Part shown: piece by piece, positions 35,642 through 50,134 of the stretch
How the letters are laid out: the number at the start of each line of letters is the position of its first letter
How positions within the stretch are numbered: position 1 is the stretch's first letter
Source of the DNA: Squalus acanthias
Taxonomy: Eukaryota
DNA length: 64,000 nucleotides
Direction: 5' to 3'
NCBI GenBank assembly: GCA_030390025.1
Contig: CM059431.1
Span: 143,842,001-143,906,000, forward strand
Notes under the pieces: generated by a model
What the model was told of the DNA's origin: nothing
Database searches by the model: none
The model's input: the letters and a program-made list of their open reading frames with translations, nothing else
Program-made: the position numbers and the translations under genes

Positions 35642-38600
35642 ATGGAAGAATCAATTCACAGAGAAATGATTTGTTCCGTTCATTCTCGGAATTCGGATCA
35701 ACGTGCTCGCAGTTCTGTGGAAAACACAGATGCCGAAACATGTACCTGTGCTCGGTGTAAATTTACACAGCTACTGACAGACCTGGGGCTGCAGGAATTC
35801 TATCCCAACAGACTGTCCCTTAGCAAAGTACTGGAGATTAATACGGAGAAACTGGAAGATAAAGTACCAGCCCGTCCTACAGATATTCCCTGGCATTTCC
35901 TCAGGATGCTGATGGGGGCGAATTCCGCCGCGAGAACCATCGATCTTCTGCCAACAGTGGAAGTAACAGAAAATACGATGGATAAAAATGCTATTAACTT
36001 TTTCTCACAAAGTACAAAGACGACGGCAGCGTCTTTCAACCCGTTAGACATAATTTCTGCCGTCTTCGTTTGTGCAGATACCTTCCTGCAACAGGAGCTG
36101 GTTTTGAAAATGTCCTTGTGTCAGTTTGCACTGCCAATATTATTGCCCCATCTTGAATGGAGACAAACTTTCTTGCTGCGGCCGATGCGTTCCATTGTGA
36201 GAAGGTATCGGCCTCAGTCAATGAGAAAGAAGGATGGATTCCTAGAGGAATGCATGGCAACGTCAGATATTCCAACCTTTGCTTTCGTTCGACTTGGTCG
36301 CTGCTCGTTGTCAAAATCAAAAATGCTAAATTACATTCTTAGCAACTCCCAACAGCAGCAGAATTATTTTGTCCATTCAGGTATGGCATCTGGCGATATA
36401 CCTAGAATAGTTTCAGACGGACTGATCGAAATGTGCTGGTACGTACCTTATGGCAGTGAAGATGTCGATGTCATTCCAGAAGCGCTGGGCATAATGAACC
36501 TCCGGGGAGATGCCGAATTGTTCCCCGAACAAATCCAGTTCCTGACAAAAGTTGCTACTGCTGTGTTCGTTTTTATTGATCATTTAAACAAAGATATAGA
36601 AACATTTCTGTCATCCAATTTCCAGGTTCCACAGAAACTGTTTCTATTAGTCAATCCCGATTCTAATCTAATGGAAATAACAAACCGCCTTTTAAATAAG
36701 TTTTGCAACTCAAAATTTATAGAAATAGATCACATTTTATCAGCATTCCAAAAGAATGAAGCAGCTTTGGCAAAACTGTTTAGATCTAAATTAGTCGATA
36801 TCTTAAGATCAAGGTCAGGAGAACAGGAGAAAGCATTGAGCTTGCAAGCGATGGCCTCAGTGGCCAGAGAAGTTAACTTTCTGGTGGATGAAGACGAGAT
36901 TGAGTTTTCGGAAGCTAGGAAAACGTCAGAAGAAATTCTCCATTCGATTCTGAGTGAAAATATTAAACAGTTCAAAGAAACACATTTATATTTCCAGGGG
37001 GTTGTTTGGAAAGAGATTTCTGATATAGAGAAGGAGCTGTGTCGGCTGAGGCGCCTCAGAGGGCAAATTGTGGCGGATTATGTCGCTGATCTGAAGAAGC
37101 AGAGACATGATCTTTGTAAACGGCTGGTAAATAGGGGAATGTCAGATGTGATGAGTAAAATGATCGTAGTACTCCAGATCCCGAGCAACAAAAGGAAACA
37201 TTTCCTAAACTGCCTGAAATATGAACTGGATTCCAGGTCCCGCACATTACTCCATGATCTACATGAACGGTACATGGAATTAAATCTAGAGTCTCAGAAT
37301 CAAAATCCAGATATTCAGAATCAACAAACCGAGCTCAATAAGAAGCTTATGGACAGTTCATTGGGTTTGGAGCATTTCCTCCGTGAAATGGGGCTCATTT
37401 ATGAAGTGTTCCAGACATCAGCGACAATTCCTCCAGATATCAAAACGTTTCCTTCCATAGCTGCTGATCTGATGCTGGACGGTTTCCCACTGGAGCTCAT
37501 GGATGGAGATGTTTCCAACATACCCGTGGAGTGGGTCACCGCCGTGTTCAAAGAACTTGAAAAGAAAGTTGGACCTTGCCGTATTTTTGTTCTATCGGTG
37601 CTGGGAGTACAGAGTTCAGGCAAGTCCACTCTTCTGAACACAATGTTCGGCTTGCAGTTTGCAGTAGGATGTGGACGATGCACTCGTGGTGTCTACATGC
37701 AGCTCATTAAAACTACCGGAGCGATACAGAAGTGTGGTTGCGAGTTCATTCTGATCCTCGACACAGAGGGTTTGAAATCTCAGGAACTAGCCCGTGTTGA
37801 TGGCACACACGAACACGACAATGAATTGGCGACACTAGTGTCTGGTTTAAGCGATTTAACATTGATTAACATGTCAACAGAAAGTGATTCAGAAATGAAG
37901 GAGGTCCTGCAAATTGTGGTCCATGCCTTTATTCGCATGAGAATAGTCGGGAAAAGACCTAATTGTCAATTTATCCACCAAAATATCGGAGATGTGTCTG
38001 CACATCAGAAGAACGCGATCAATCGGAAGCTCGTGCAAGAAGAGCTGGACCAGATGACCAGGATCGCGGCTGAAGCTGAGCAAGAAGATTGTCATTTTTC
38101 AAAGTTCTCGGATGTATTAGATTATGATTCTGAGACAAACAACTGGTACATCCCAGGTCTGTGGTGTGGGACACCACCGATGGCGGCAGTTAATACTGGG
38201 TATAGCCAGGCGGTGCGAGAACTCAAGCAGAACATTGTAAAGTGTTTTCTCAGCAGGAGACTTTCAACCGTCACCGACTTCATCAGTTGGATGAGAAGCA
38301 CGTGGAATGCTGTGAAACATGAAAATTTCATTTTCAGTTTCAGGAACTGTCTCATTGCGAACGCTTACAATCAACTTTCCATGAAATACTCGGACTTGGA
38401 ATGGAAAATGCAGAGTGAGGTAAATTCCTGGTTGGAGACAGCGCAAAACCGAATCAGAAACTATAAAGGAGACCTTCAAGAACTAAGAGAAACGTTGAAC
38501 AACGAACTTTTCAAAGTGATCGCCGAAAGGAAATACCAAATGATCAATGAAATGGAAGAATATTTCAACAGTGACACTGACCAGGCGCATCTGATTGAGA

Positions 38601-40608
38601 ATTTTAAGGCAGAGATGATGGCGAGTTTTAAGTCAGTTTGTCTGAATCTTGAAACTCACACAAATAGGAAATGCGGGGAAGCAGTGATCAGATACGAAGG
38701 TCTAAATCAATTGAACCATATCATACGTGGCTACATGAATAAGATACAAGAAGAAGTTGATCAACTTTTACACGTCTTGAAACTGGAATCAACAGAACAA
38801 ACTGACAGCGAACTGAGCGAAGCGTTTGGAAAGATGTGGACAGAAACAATGTCGTCAGTACATTACAAGCCCGTGGTAATCAATATCAACAGAGATATGG
38901 AAAATAGTTTGATAGAAAATATGAGAACACATGGAAGCATACTTACCGAGAAACTCGCGTCCGGGAAAAGCCTCCTTGAGATGAGCAAAATGGAATGGAA
39001 AATTACTAAACAGCATATTGATGTAACCAAAGCATCTTATCTGAAAAGATTTGCAAAAAAGACATGTAAAGTTTCTAGCCATGTTATGGATGGGGTAAGT
39101 TATATGTTGGGGCAAAAGAAAGGACACGTGCAAAAAGATGAAACTGAAGCATGGGTGGAAACCGAATGTTTATTAGAAGCAGAGAAGAACGCTGGAACAT
39201 TGATATCACAATGCAAGGAATATGTGCAAGAGATGGTGCGGAAAGGGAAAGAGTACAATCCGCTCCTTTGCACAGAACTTCTAAGAGAACTGGATGAACA
39301 ATTACAGAAAGTCGATGGTGAAATATTCAAGGTCAATGAGCTGTTCAGGACAGATGTGAAAATCCACATCTGTGGCTTTGCAGTTCAGAGATTTCAGGAG
39401 ATGCACGACGGCTTCTGTGATGAACATAATCACCGGAAGAAGCTCGAAGATGACAGAAAATATTACTTTGAAATTTTTAAATATCTATACTCTGAAAAGG
39501 ACCAGAGTGAGGCCTGTGCCAAACTCTTCTGTGAATCCTGCCTAACACCCGCCTTGTTGGATGATCTTGACCAGCGACTGGGAGGAGCGATTGTAGATCA
39601 CATCAGGAAAGAAAGAAAAGAAGAATTTAAATCGCGCAGAAACTTCAAGTGGGAATTATGCTAGATCTGAAAAAGCAGAACAGCTTCGCAGAGTATTCTC
39701 GATACATTGGACAGACCCGAACCTTCGAACAAGATTGGGTGAAGAAACAAGTACTGAATCATTGCAAAATCTTAAACAGCAATCAGTCCGTCCTTTACTG
39801 GATAGCTGCGGAAATTCTGCAAAGAAAAATATATCTAATGCAACAAACTATTAAGGACATTATAAAGGATTTTGCTGAAGATGTTGAAAACTTTTTGGAT
39901 GAATTCAAACTGAGACTTGGAGATCACATTGTATTTCCACCGAACAAGCTGGAAAACAAAAGCGCTTTCAAAAACGCCCCGAGCTTTGTGACTAAATTGA
40001 CCAATTCAATCCCCGATTTGGAAAAGCTTCTCCTGCAAAGTATTGAACAATGGGACGTTGAACAGAAAGTGTTAGGTCTTCCAACAGATCCTTCCAAGGA
40101 GCTCTACCAGATGCTGTCTGGGTGCGGGGAGCATTGCCCATTCTGCCAAGTACCCTGTGACCTCACAAGCAACAACCATGAGAAGCACTTGGCTACATAT
40201 CACTGGCCGCAGGGGATTGGAGGTTGTTGCTGGAGATGGAGTAAAGCACTAGTGACGGAAAGCTGCGCAGCTACAAGTGCCGAATTGTATTTGTACCGAG
40301 CAGAAGGTGACTCTTTCTTGGAACGAGTTGTGCGAAACTTTAAGGAACTAGTTTTTCGCATAGCCTATATAGAAACGCAGTGCAAACGATGTGATTCCTG
40401 GAAAATCCCCACAGTTCCGGAAGCTGAGATACCATCTTATTGGAAATGGGTGTTCCACACCTATAACACGGAGTTCGCAAAGAAATACAAACTGGAACCT
40501 GCAGCAAATATATCAGATTGGAACATCCCGTGGGAGAAGATAAAGAGCGACCTAGAAACGGAATATGATGTGAAGGTTGATGAATTCTCTTTGTCTCCTC
40601 AACCTTAG
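35642..40608 (+). CDS. GVIN1: Interferon-induced very large GTPase 1-like (GVIN/VLIG, URGCP-related), one giant exon, ~1655 aa if the frameshift near 39655 is repaired; possibly a pseudogene
   Basis: G1 GVQSSGKS, G2 region GRCTRG, G3 DTEG, HDNELAT; family motifs FNPLDII…FLQQELVLKMSLCQFALP, LGLEHFLREMG, PLELMDGD; C-terminal CPFCQVPC…HWPQG and YWKW; acceptor TTTCAG at 35633-35638. Confidence 0.88.
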
Positions 40609-40760
40609 ACTGAAGTTATTTTGGTGAAAATAATCCTCTCTGATAAACTGCTGACGAAAGTGCTATTATTCACACAATTCCGCTTAGACCACGTCAGTAC
40701 AGATTGGCCGATACTTTTCCCTCTGTTTTCCATTAGATAACTACGAGCAGCCCGCGATAA

Positions 40761-40915
40761 TCTACCCCTCAAAGTTCCTGGACTCATTCCCTCTCCCCAG
40801 AGCCTGCTCATTGGTTCCATTGATTCCCGGAGCAGTCCGTGATACTCTACCCCTCAAAGTTCCTGGACTCATTCCCTCTCCCCAGAGCCTGCTCATTGTT
40901 TCCAATGATTCCCGA
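40761..40915 (+). repeat. Direct duplication, period 85 bp
   Basis: TCTACCCCTCAAAGTTCCTGGACTCATTCC… at 40761 and 40846. Confidence 0.85.
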
Positions 40916-40989
40916 AGCTACTTCATCCCACCACAAATGTTCAGACCTTATCTTTCGAACCTCTCATATCAACTCCTCCTTATCCTTGC

Positions 40990-41307
40990 TGGGGAGTGTA
41001 GATCCAAGCGTCACAGTTTTATAATAAGGGGTCGGTCATTTAGTACTGAGATGAGGTGAAATTTCTTCACTCAAAGGGTGGTGAATCTTTGAAATTCTCT
41101 ACTCCAGAAGGCTGTGGAGGCTCAGTCGTTGAGCATATTCAAGACAGAGATCGATATAATTTTGAATATTAATGGAATCAAGGGATATGGGGATAGTGCA
41201 GGACAGTGTAGATGAGGTAGAAGATCAGCCATGATCTAATTGAATGCCGGAGCAGGCTCGAAGGGTCAAATGGCCTACTCCTGCTTCTAATTCTTACGTG
41301 CTTATGT
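40990..41307 (+). mobile_element. CR1 LINE 3' end
   Basis: GAAATTTCTTCACTCAAAGGGTGGTGAATC…TGGCCTACTCCTGCTTCT… typical CR1 3' terminus. Confidence 0.8.
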
Positions 41308-41684
41308 CCTCTGTTTATAACCAGGACATGTCTGCCCTAGTCTTTGACACGCCAGTGTAACCCAAATTTCCTCTGTGTCCAGTGACGTGCACCTTTTCGC
41401 TGCTGCTACCGACCTGACCCATTAGTTTAATCACAATTGTTTTCTCTCAGTCTCTCTCGTGTCCTTTCTTCCTCTGTCCCAGTCATCCCACCTGTCATTT
41501 TTTCCTCTCGGGTACTTTGCCCCGTCCATCCGTACCCAAACCATCACTGCTCCCCTGCCAATCCTAATACCCTGCCGCTGTCCATGGCTTGAATTGCCCT
41601 TGGATAAACTCACAGCTTCCCTCTGGGCCTCTCAGAATTTTCCGAGGGGTCCATTGAAGCACTTGTCGCTCCTTCATTGTGAGC

Positions 41685-44600
41685 TGTAGAATAGAGCTTA
41701 TCTGTATGATTTGATAATGTTTCAAATGTAATGATTTTCTTAAAATTACTATGATATATAATAATGCAAACTAGAAGCATAAAACCTTTGTTGCAATATG
41801 TATAACCTTAGTTAAAAAGACACAAGGCGGAGAAGCAAAGCATGATGGTAAAATTAAGCCAACATTATGTTAACTGCGTGAATAGTGCTAAAGTAGATAG
41901 AAGTTCTGTTATATTAAAAACAAAAAGCCAGTGAAGGACAAAACATTAATTAAGTCTCAAAATCAGATAAAGAGTTTTCAATACCGAACATCCCATATCG
42001 CTGAAGTTTCAGACCAGTCTAGATAAAGGGCTATGCGAAAGGCAAAATACATCTTTCGTAATTCGTGGGAAGTCTGTTTATGTAAAGGTTCTCATAAAAA
42101 TCTCATAGCAAAAAAAGTAAGGAAATCATCGCCTATTGAAGGTCAGAATTGTGAGATAGCCCAAGCTGCTGCAAGTTGCCAAATATTTTGAGGGAAGACA
42201 TAGGTATAAATGAACAGTTATTGAACACTGGAGGCAGCGCAGAACCAGAGGAAGAGAAACTTCAGTCAACAGAACATAGGAAGACAGAGAAAAAAGGCCG
42301 TGCCACAGTCACCCAGTGGGCACACTATTGGGGTTTCAAGAAACAGATTGCGACTATCATGTTGTTAAGTATTACTTCTTTGTACTGGAGGTAAAGTGCT
42401 TAATAAATCTGTTGTACTTATGCACAATATACCTGCACCACGAACGGTCTGTTATAGTCATGGACAATTCAAATATGCATTACAGATTTTGTACATATCA
42501 CAAAACTTGCAATTGGGATTTGTAAATCTTTGCAAATCTTATAATTGGCGGCCACGAAAGGATGTTGACTATTAACTAAAAGCAAGTATTATTGTGGATA
42601 AGGAAGCTGGGTTATCGTCTGGCCAATGGTGAATTCAGGTGGATTGTTGGAATTCTCAGACAAAGTCACAATGGATTCTATTCTTTCTTTTGTTATTAGG
42701 AAGTTACCTTGTAAATTAATTGTAGCACTTCTCTCTCTAATGTTAAAACACCGTGTAAACCACCTACCCTGGGAATCACTTGTTTCTGAAATTGGAATTG
42801 ATAAGATAAATTGATAGAAATGAAATTGAACACTGACAAAACCTCTCAGTTGAACAATACTGCTGTTTGGATTTTGGGGTAATTTTGAAATGACAAAATG
42901 GTCTTAGGCACCATATATTGGGTTACTTTTGGGAAAATAAATGATCCTCTAAAATAATGATAAATAAAAAGTGTTAATAACTTGGACCAAGTGAGAACAT
43001 TTGATCTATTTTTCTAAAATATTGTACTGTACTGTAAAGATCCTCCAGGGCTCATGAATGAGATAGGACTGGTAATTAATGGGATGTGTAAAATGGAGAG
43101 AGGAAGTGATTGAGTGTGGATGATAGAAACAGGAAAATTACATAACCAAATGAGAATTTTCCAAACTTTCTAGTGAAAGTCCGGAAAGTGTAGCTACAAA
43201 TAGTAAATTGATAGCTTTCTCTTGGAGACATTTGTGTCCCTGCATAGAATGAACCTTTTTAAGAAAACTGAATTTGACAGTCCGGCCACTACCTAAGACA
43301 GCGTGACCCTGCAGAGGTAGATGAGCAAAGTTCTCCAGACGATTAAAATCTTTTGATAGGATCACCTGAAAGCCCAATAATGGCTTTACTCGGATGTCAT
43401 GTGTGGTATGATATGGAGATGCCGGTATGAGTGTGCAAATGTGATTTGTGACGTATGAAGCAATTACCATCTGGAAATGCATGGTGAATTTGCACGGAAT
43501 AACAGGTCTCAGACATGCTCAGTTACTTGACAACAGCAAGACATGAAATGGTTAATGTGGCTCAGGAGCGTGAGCAAAGATTTAATGCATTGACACATAC
43601 TCCATCGAGAAACTATCTAATTAATGAAACAATCAGAATAGATTTAAACACACTGGTACGTGATAGAGGGATTGAAATAGAGGTTTAAGCACAGAATTAC
43701 ATGGAATTTGGATTGGGACAATTGAGGCTAAGGAGAAATCATGTTTAGTAAGAATTATCCACAAGATGGATACGAGTAAGAGAGATCAGGAGAATCTTTT
43801 AAGTCCATGATTTCTTGATTCAATGTTAAACTGTAATGTCACGTGAAACGATTGTAAGACTGAATTAAAATTTGTAACTGTAATAATAGTGTTTTGTAGA
43901 TAACAGAGTGTGGGAAAAAACATTACGAATCCAGTATGAGGTGATTTTGGTGCTGCCTCCTGTGTCACTACTACTGCAACTACCATGCATTATGGGTCTA
44001 ACAGGACCTGTCCCATCATCCAACGCATTTTACTCAGTATCAAAACCTATGCTCATGTGAAACTGACAGTAAATTAGATACTTAACTATGAGCTGCACAA
44101 TTATGTGGCACAATTATGATACTACATTCCCATGTTGCCTGAGGGCCTCAGTAAGATCGTGATGCATCTGAACTTCTCCCTAAAGCATTTTTATGTTTTG
44201 GCGCAAGACAACTCGAGAATAGATATTGAAATTGACAGTTTAAGGGACAACTCACACTGGTGGGCTTAATGCATCAGCACGGCCTTAGCTTCGTATTATT
44301 TCACACGCTCTGGTAGTTCTCCAACTGGTAATGATAGTGTATTTGATATATGTAACCCGTGTAGTAAGACTTTGAACTATGTAAGATCAGAAGTTTGAAT
44401 ACGATCTACACAGTCAAACACGAATGAAACAAGGTAGGGAATCAAAAATTGTTAGGACTAATAATCCAAATTCTGAGTCTAATGAATCGAAACAGACCTA
44501 ACCCTCTGTTTAGAGTAGAACATATAGGAGTGGCGAAAAGAAATCCCCCCTTGGATTAGAATAATTTCACACGTACTGGTCATAACCCAACTTATGGTAT

Positions 44601-45648
44601 TACTGTGCTTACTGCTCCACACCTGCTATTTAAGGCACATAATGCACAAGACAAGATCACAATTGGAAATAATCACACCACAGAACCTGTTAGAACTAAG
44701 CAAACGTGGTACAGCAAACCCATACAATAGAGCTTATAAAATTGACGGGTCAGCAAAAATGCCTCGCCCTCAAGTTAGGGATATTGTAGAATAGAGCTTA
44801 TCTGTAAGATTTGATAATATTTTAAATGTGATGCTTTTCTTAAAATTACAATGATATATAATAATGCATGTTCGAAGCTTGAAACCTTTGTTGCAATATG
44901 TATAACCTTAGTTAAAAAGACACCAGGCTGAGTAGCAAAGCATAATGTTAAAATTAAACCAACATTATGTTAACTGCGAGAATAGTGCTAAAGTAGATAG
45001 AAGTTCTGTTATATTGAAAACCAGAAGCCAGTGAAGGACAAAACATTAATTAAGTCTCAAAGTAAGATAGAGGGTTTGCAATACCTAACCTCCCTTATCA
45101 CTGAAGTTTCAGACCAGTCCAGATAATGGTCTATGTGAAAGGCAAAAGACATCTATCGTAATTCGTGGGAAGTTTGTTTATGTAAAAGCTCCCATAAAAA
45201 GCTCATAGCAGAAAAAGGCAGGAAACCATAACCGTACTTTTGAAGATCAGAATGGTGAGATATCCCAAGCAGCTGTAAGTTGCCAAGTATTCTGAGGGGA
45301 GAAAACGGTATAAATGAACAGTTATTGAACACTGGAGGCAGCGCAAAACCAGAGGAAGAGAAACTTCAGTCAACAGAACACAGCAAGCCTGAGAAAAGAG
45401 ACGGCACCGCAGTCACCAGGTGGGCACACTACTGGGGTTTCAAGGAACAGATTGCGACTATCATATTGTTAAGTATTACTTCTTTGTACTCGATGTAAAG
45501 TGCTTAATAAATCTGTTGTACTTATACACAATATACCTGCACCACGAGTGGTCTGTTATAGTCATGGACAATTCAAATATATATTACGGATTTTGTAAAC
45601 ATCACAAAACTTACAATTCGGACTTTGTAAATAATTGAAAATCTTATA
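41685..45648 (+). mobile_element. Internally deleted LTR retroelement with env remnant; LTRs 41685-42543 and 44785-45648; TSD GAGC
   Basis: ~860-bp direct repeats starting TGTAGAATAG and ending CTTATA; GAGC on both flanks; PBS-like TGGCGGCCACGAAAGGA at 42546; purine-rich tract before the 3' LTR. Confidence 0.9.
44090..44340 (+). pseudogene. env C-terminal remnant homologous to the env at 60100-62434
   Basis: ELHNYVAQL*YYIPMLPEGLSKIVMHLNFSLKHFYVLAQDNSRIDIEI aligns without gaps to NLQTYVTYFGYKIPPLPEHLTILLKAVEISQKHFYTLEQKTVEIGAEI (20/48 identical by hand). Confidence 0.8.
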
Positions 45649-45652
45649 GAGC

Positions 45653-47305
45653 AGAAAAGCCAACTTTCCCATTTTCCTGTCTTGTTGAACTTCCCACCCA
45701 GCGCATGCTCTGGGGACTAAGCTCCCAACTTCCTTCCCCTCTCGCTCACCCAGTTTACCACTTACCCCTGCGACTCTGCCAGCAGATCAATGGTCACAGC
45801 CAGTGCCTGTATTTCCCTCCAGTTCACTCATGGATCACGCCCCCTCTGTGCAAGAAATTATCGTGGACAACTGCCTTGACATCCTGGCTTCGACTGAAAC
45901 TTGGCTGACGGGTGCAGAGAAAAAAGTGCTCCTCTCCACCTGGCTATACCTTCCTGACCCACCCAACCAGTCACGGCTGAGGTGTGGCTCTAATTACCAA
46001 AACGCATCTTGGCCTCGCTCTATACTCTCTGTCACCTTTCCTCCTTGGAACATCTCACCTTGACACACCCCACTCTCCACTTCAATAAAATCCTCGTTCT
46101 ATATCGCCCACTCAAGACCCACAAGTTTATCACAGAAATATCCTTACTCTTTTCCTCCCTCAGCCTCTGCACTGAGACACTCATCACCTTTGGTGATTTC
46201 AACGTCCATCTCATCTCTCTTTATCTTCTCTCCTCTGAATTCATTCTGCCTTTATACTTGCCGAAACTTCTCCCTCTATATTAAACATACTACCATTGCT
46301 CACAACGATCCTTCCGATGTTGACATTTTCACTGGCCTCTCTACACCCATGGTCTCTATCACAGACAAAGCCATCTCTGACCACTTCTTCACAACCCATA
46401 GCCCCTTACGCTCTCTCAAACTCACGTCCTTCAGCAACTCTGGCTGGGAAGAAAATGACACCAAGTTACTTACAGCTGCTCGTTCTCAGTCTCAACAGCT
46501 CATCCTTTGGCGCACCATTCATCAAGAAGTATCTGCAGTCATCGGTCTGTTCAGCAACTCCATTGTCTTTACCCTTCCGAATCTAAGGTCATCACTTCAC
46601 CTAAAGAAGGAATACCTCGATCCTGCTATCCTTGCTAATAAACGCATCATCTAGCACCTCTCTTTCCTCTCAAAGGTCCATGAACGTGATATTACCTCCC
46701 ATATCCGCGCCCATCTTTATGTCACTCCATGGCATCCTCTGTGATTGGCGGGTGAATTATCACGCCTTCTTCTCTCATAGACCTCTCTGCAGGTTTGACA
46801 TGGTGGACCACAACATACTCTTCCAATGCCTCTTTCCTGTTGTCCAGCTCAGTGCGACAGCTCCGGCCTGGTTGTACTCTCCCCTATCTGAAACTAGAGA
46901 CATCATCCTAAAACATGAGGTCAGTTTGCACTGATAGCACCCACTTCTATCTCTCCACCACAACTCCCGAACTGCCTCTGTGTTGTCACGCTGCTTGTTC
47001 GATTTCCAGCCTTGGATGAGTCAAAATCTCCTCCAGTTAAACATTGGAATTCGGAAGTTATATTCTTCACCACAAACTCAGTAGTTTCTCCATCGATTCC
47101 ATGCCCCTCCCTGGCCACTTTCTCGTGCTGAACCAGAATAATTGCAACCTTGTTGATCAATTCAAACCCAGGTTTGGCGTCCAGCCCGATTTCATTCCCA
47201 TCAGAAAGACTTCCAGCTCCACAATATCGCCAGTCTCCGCACCGGCTCAATTTATCTGCCACTGAAAACCTTATCCATGCTTTTGCCTTCTCTATACCCG
47301 ACTTT
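45653..47305 (+). mobile_element. Decayed L2-clade LINE (APE and RT fragments)
   Basis: LDILASTETWL, LVLYRP, GDFNVH, ISDHF, FDMVDHNIL, ENLIHAF. Confidence 0.8.
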
Positions 47306-48283
47306 TCCGTGGAACAAGTAGATTTATTGATAGTTTATATAATCATGGATAGAGAATTCACTCTAATCACAGTTAACTCTTTAAGAAATCTTAATTGAAA
47401 GAGTTAGATGCAGTAAACTGTAATCCATATAGTCTGTCTTGTTTAAAATATGCTTGTAAACTCATAACACATAAGATGGTCCGAACAAAAATGACAGCGA
47501 CAATGAACCAGCAGAATTAATTTGTAAAGGGAAGACTAGTTAACCATAATTTAAGCACATAGTTAGCATTCAGAAATTGAGTCCGCAATTATTTTCACCA
47601 AGATCCAACACGATCCTGACATTGGATGTTAAAATAACCTGAAATAAGTTGAAGTTGGTTCTATGTTGTAAAAGAGTTGCTTTTTGTACTTTTTGTTACT
47701 TCGATCAATTACAATAATTTGCCAATTGCGTTACTTGAAACAGGATGTTAATAATTGCAGGTTCCGTAATTGGCACTTGCGTAAAGTGAACCGATGATGT
47801 GCGTGATTACTTCGGATAGGGAGATTGTTATCTCTCTGTAGACTGTCTTCACAATTACCCACGAATAGCTAAATTGCTGATATGTGAATTGCCATATATA
47901 TTTCTACACTTTTATTCTATTATTTTTACTCTGTCCGGGTAATTTGATTTCATGAGTTGATGGATAGAGTACAAATCCAAAAGCTATAGTTATAGCAATG
48001 TCAGTACAGCCGGACGACCATTTAGCCAATTGTGCCCTGCCAAGTCAGAGACATCGGTCTGGTAATTCGGCAGCCCCCGAAAACGAGCGTGTGTATCGCG
48101 ATGCAACAACTGAACGCTGCTGAGTGGCTGAACGCTCAACAGGGGGGCCAAGTTCGTGCGAGGCTAGCACCAATTAAAGCTAACCTGCACTACTTAAAGA
48201 CAGTCTGCATTTCTTAAAGGTGAGTACATTTTGCCCGCAACAGGTGATAGAATTGGTTGGGAAGGGAGTGGACAAGATCAATG

Positions 48284-50134
48284 ATGGCTCAACAGGTGAG
48301 AGAGCGTGCACTAAGGTTCTCCGATACAGCTCTTGAGGCCTTGGTCCAGGAGGCTAACTCAAGGAGACAAGTCCTCTTTCCACAGGCAGTATGAGGCCTC
48401 CAGTTAACATACCAGAGTTCAGTGTGAGCTGATAGCCACTGTGGTAAATGTCAGTAATACAGCCCCGAGGAACTGGAAGCAGTACAGGAATGAGTTTAAC
48501 GACCTCACAGGAGTAGTCAAGGTCAGTGATTTCATGTTCGAATATCCCACCATCTAATCCAGTAGGTTTACACACTGCTCAATGCACCACACCCCCATCA
48601 ATCACCTACCAATAATCTGTACCAAGCACGACTCACACCTCACATTCATAGCTTCAACTCACCAGCACACATTTACCACTGCTGTAAGCCTCACACACAC
48701 ATCTCACAGCTTGAACGCACTGTCAGCTATTGTATCATGACAGCCACATCACTGAAACACATTAAATCACACTCACTGACACACTTCCCTTTCTCTTGAA
48801 GTAAGAGTTTGCCCATAACTGGCGCCAGCAGAAATTAATCGGCAGCGGTCAGGCTCGCCTGCATGATCTCGGCCCTATGGAGGAGACGGTGCTGGTTATC
48901 TTGGCAGGGGCATGGCTGATGCCGTGGCCAGGGGCGGGGCTGAAAGAATAGAAGATTCTGGTAGCGTCATAGGTTATCCTCCTTCTAACATCCCACATCC
49001 CCCTCAGTCGTCAATCTCTTCTGACATACAAGCTGCACGTGGTGTTATTATGCACCTCTTGCTTTCCCCCCGCCCCTCAGCATAACCCTACTCTTGTGCC
49101 GTTCTCATTTCAGACTCCAAAGAAACTCAGCCTACCCAGCCAGTGCTGGAACAAGAAGGGGGAAAGGCCAGTGAAGAAGAAGAAGAAACACCATCATTAG
49201 ATTTCACACTCCCAGCCAACAGTTCATATACTGCCACTCTGCCTACTTTAGAGGTCAGGTTAGACACGGGATCTGCATCTGGTGAGACACGGGGCACGAG
49301 CGGGCTGCAGCCACAGCAGGGGAAAGGTTTGTGTAGGTGCCAGCTCTCCGGAGGGCTCTGCTGCACAGGACTCAGATGAGGAATCTAATGGTGCTCTGCA
49401 CAGAAGAAGGATGATGGGATTGCACAATTAAATGCTTGGTGCATTTGCAGGCCTGACAGAAAGTCTGAATGCAATATCAAGGAGCATGGAGGAGAGAATT
49501 TCCAGCCTTGCCCAGGGCTTTGGGAACAGTTTTGAGCCCATCCTTTGGAAGAGGTGGGCAGATCCATTTTGGCACTTGTGGACCCAATCATCATGCCACG
49601 TCTGATGGCCGAATCTCATCTTCCATTGCAGTACAAGCAGAAGACACCCAACGTCTGAGTGCTGCAATGGACTCTCAGTATGAAGACATGCCAGCTCAGC
49701 TTGCTGCCACACTGTCACAGACTGCTGCCATCATGGCTGAGCTTACCAGTGTTGAAAGGGCCTTGCAGGGTGCCACAGCAGTCCAGCAATCTGTACTCAA
49801 GATGATTTCTAGGATTGCTGAGGCGCTGCCCCGGGAGAGTTGCAATGGATCCGTGGTGGCCTAACCTGCTGTCCTCTCTCAGGATGAAAGCATTCATACT
49901 CCAAGCATTGATACTCCGCCAGTGCCCTTGGGGTTGTCTGTCAGCCTGCCAGCCCAGAATGCTGCCACCGATGCCGAGTTGATACAGTCTACAGCCGGGT
50001 CTAATAGCCACAGAGCTCCTCGAGGTCGTCCTGCAAGGCCATCCTCATGCTTCCCTACTGAATGTCAGCAGCTTTCCACCAACCAAGCTGCAGCCACTGG
50101 GGTAGCACTTTGTAGGAGCACTAGCGTAGTCTAA
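48284..50134 (+). pseudogene. Harbinger Myb/SANT-like DNA-binding protein remnant (intron-containing)
   Basis: MAQQVRERALRFSDTALEALVQE…; donor AAG|GTCAGT at 48521; acidic/coiled-coil later exon. Confidence 0.6.

Noticed and set aside
42176..42525. Duplicated small ORFs (also 45280-45638)
   Set aside because: They lie inside the two LTRs and have non-ATG starts; similarity reflects the LTR duplication
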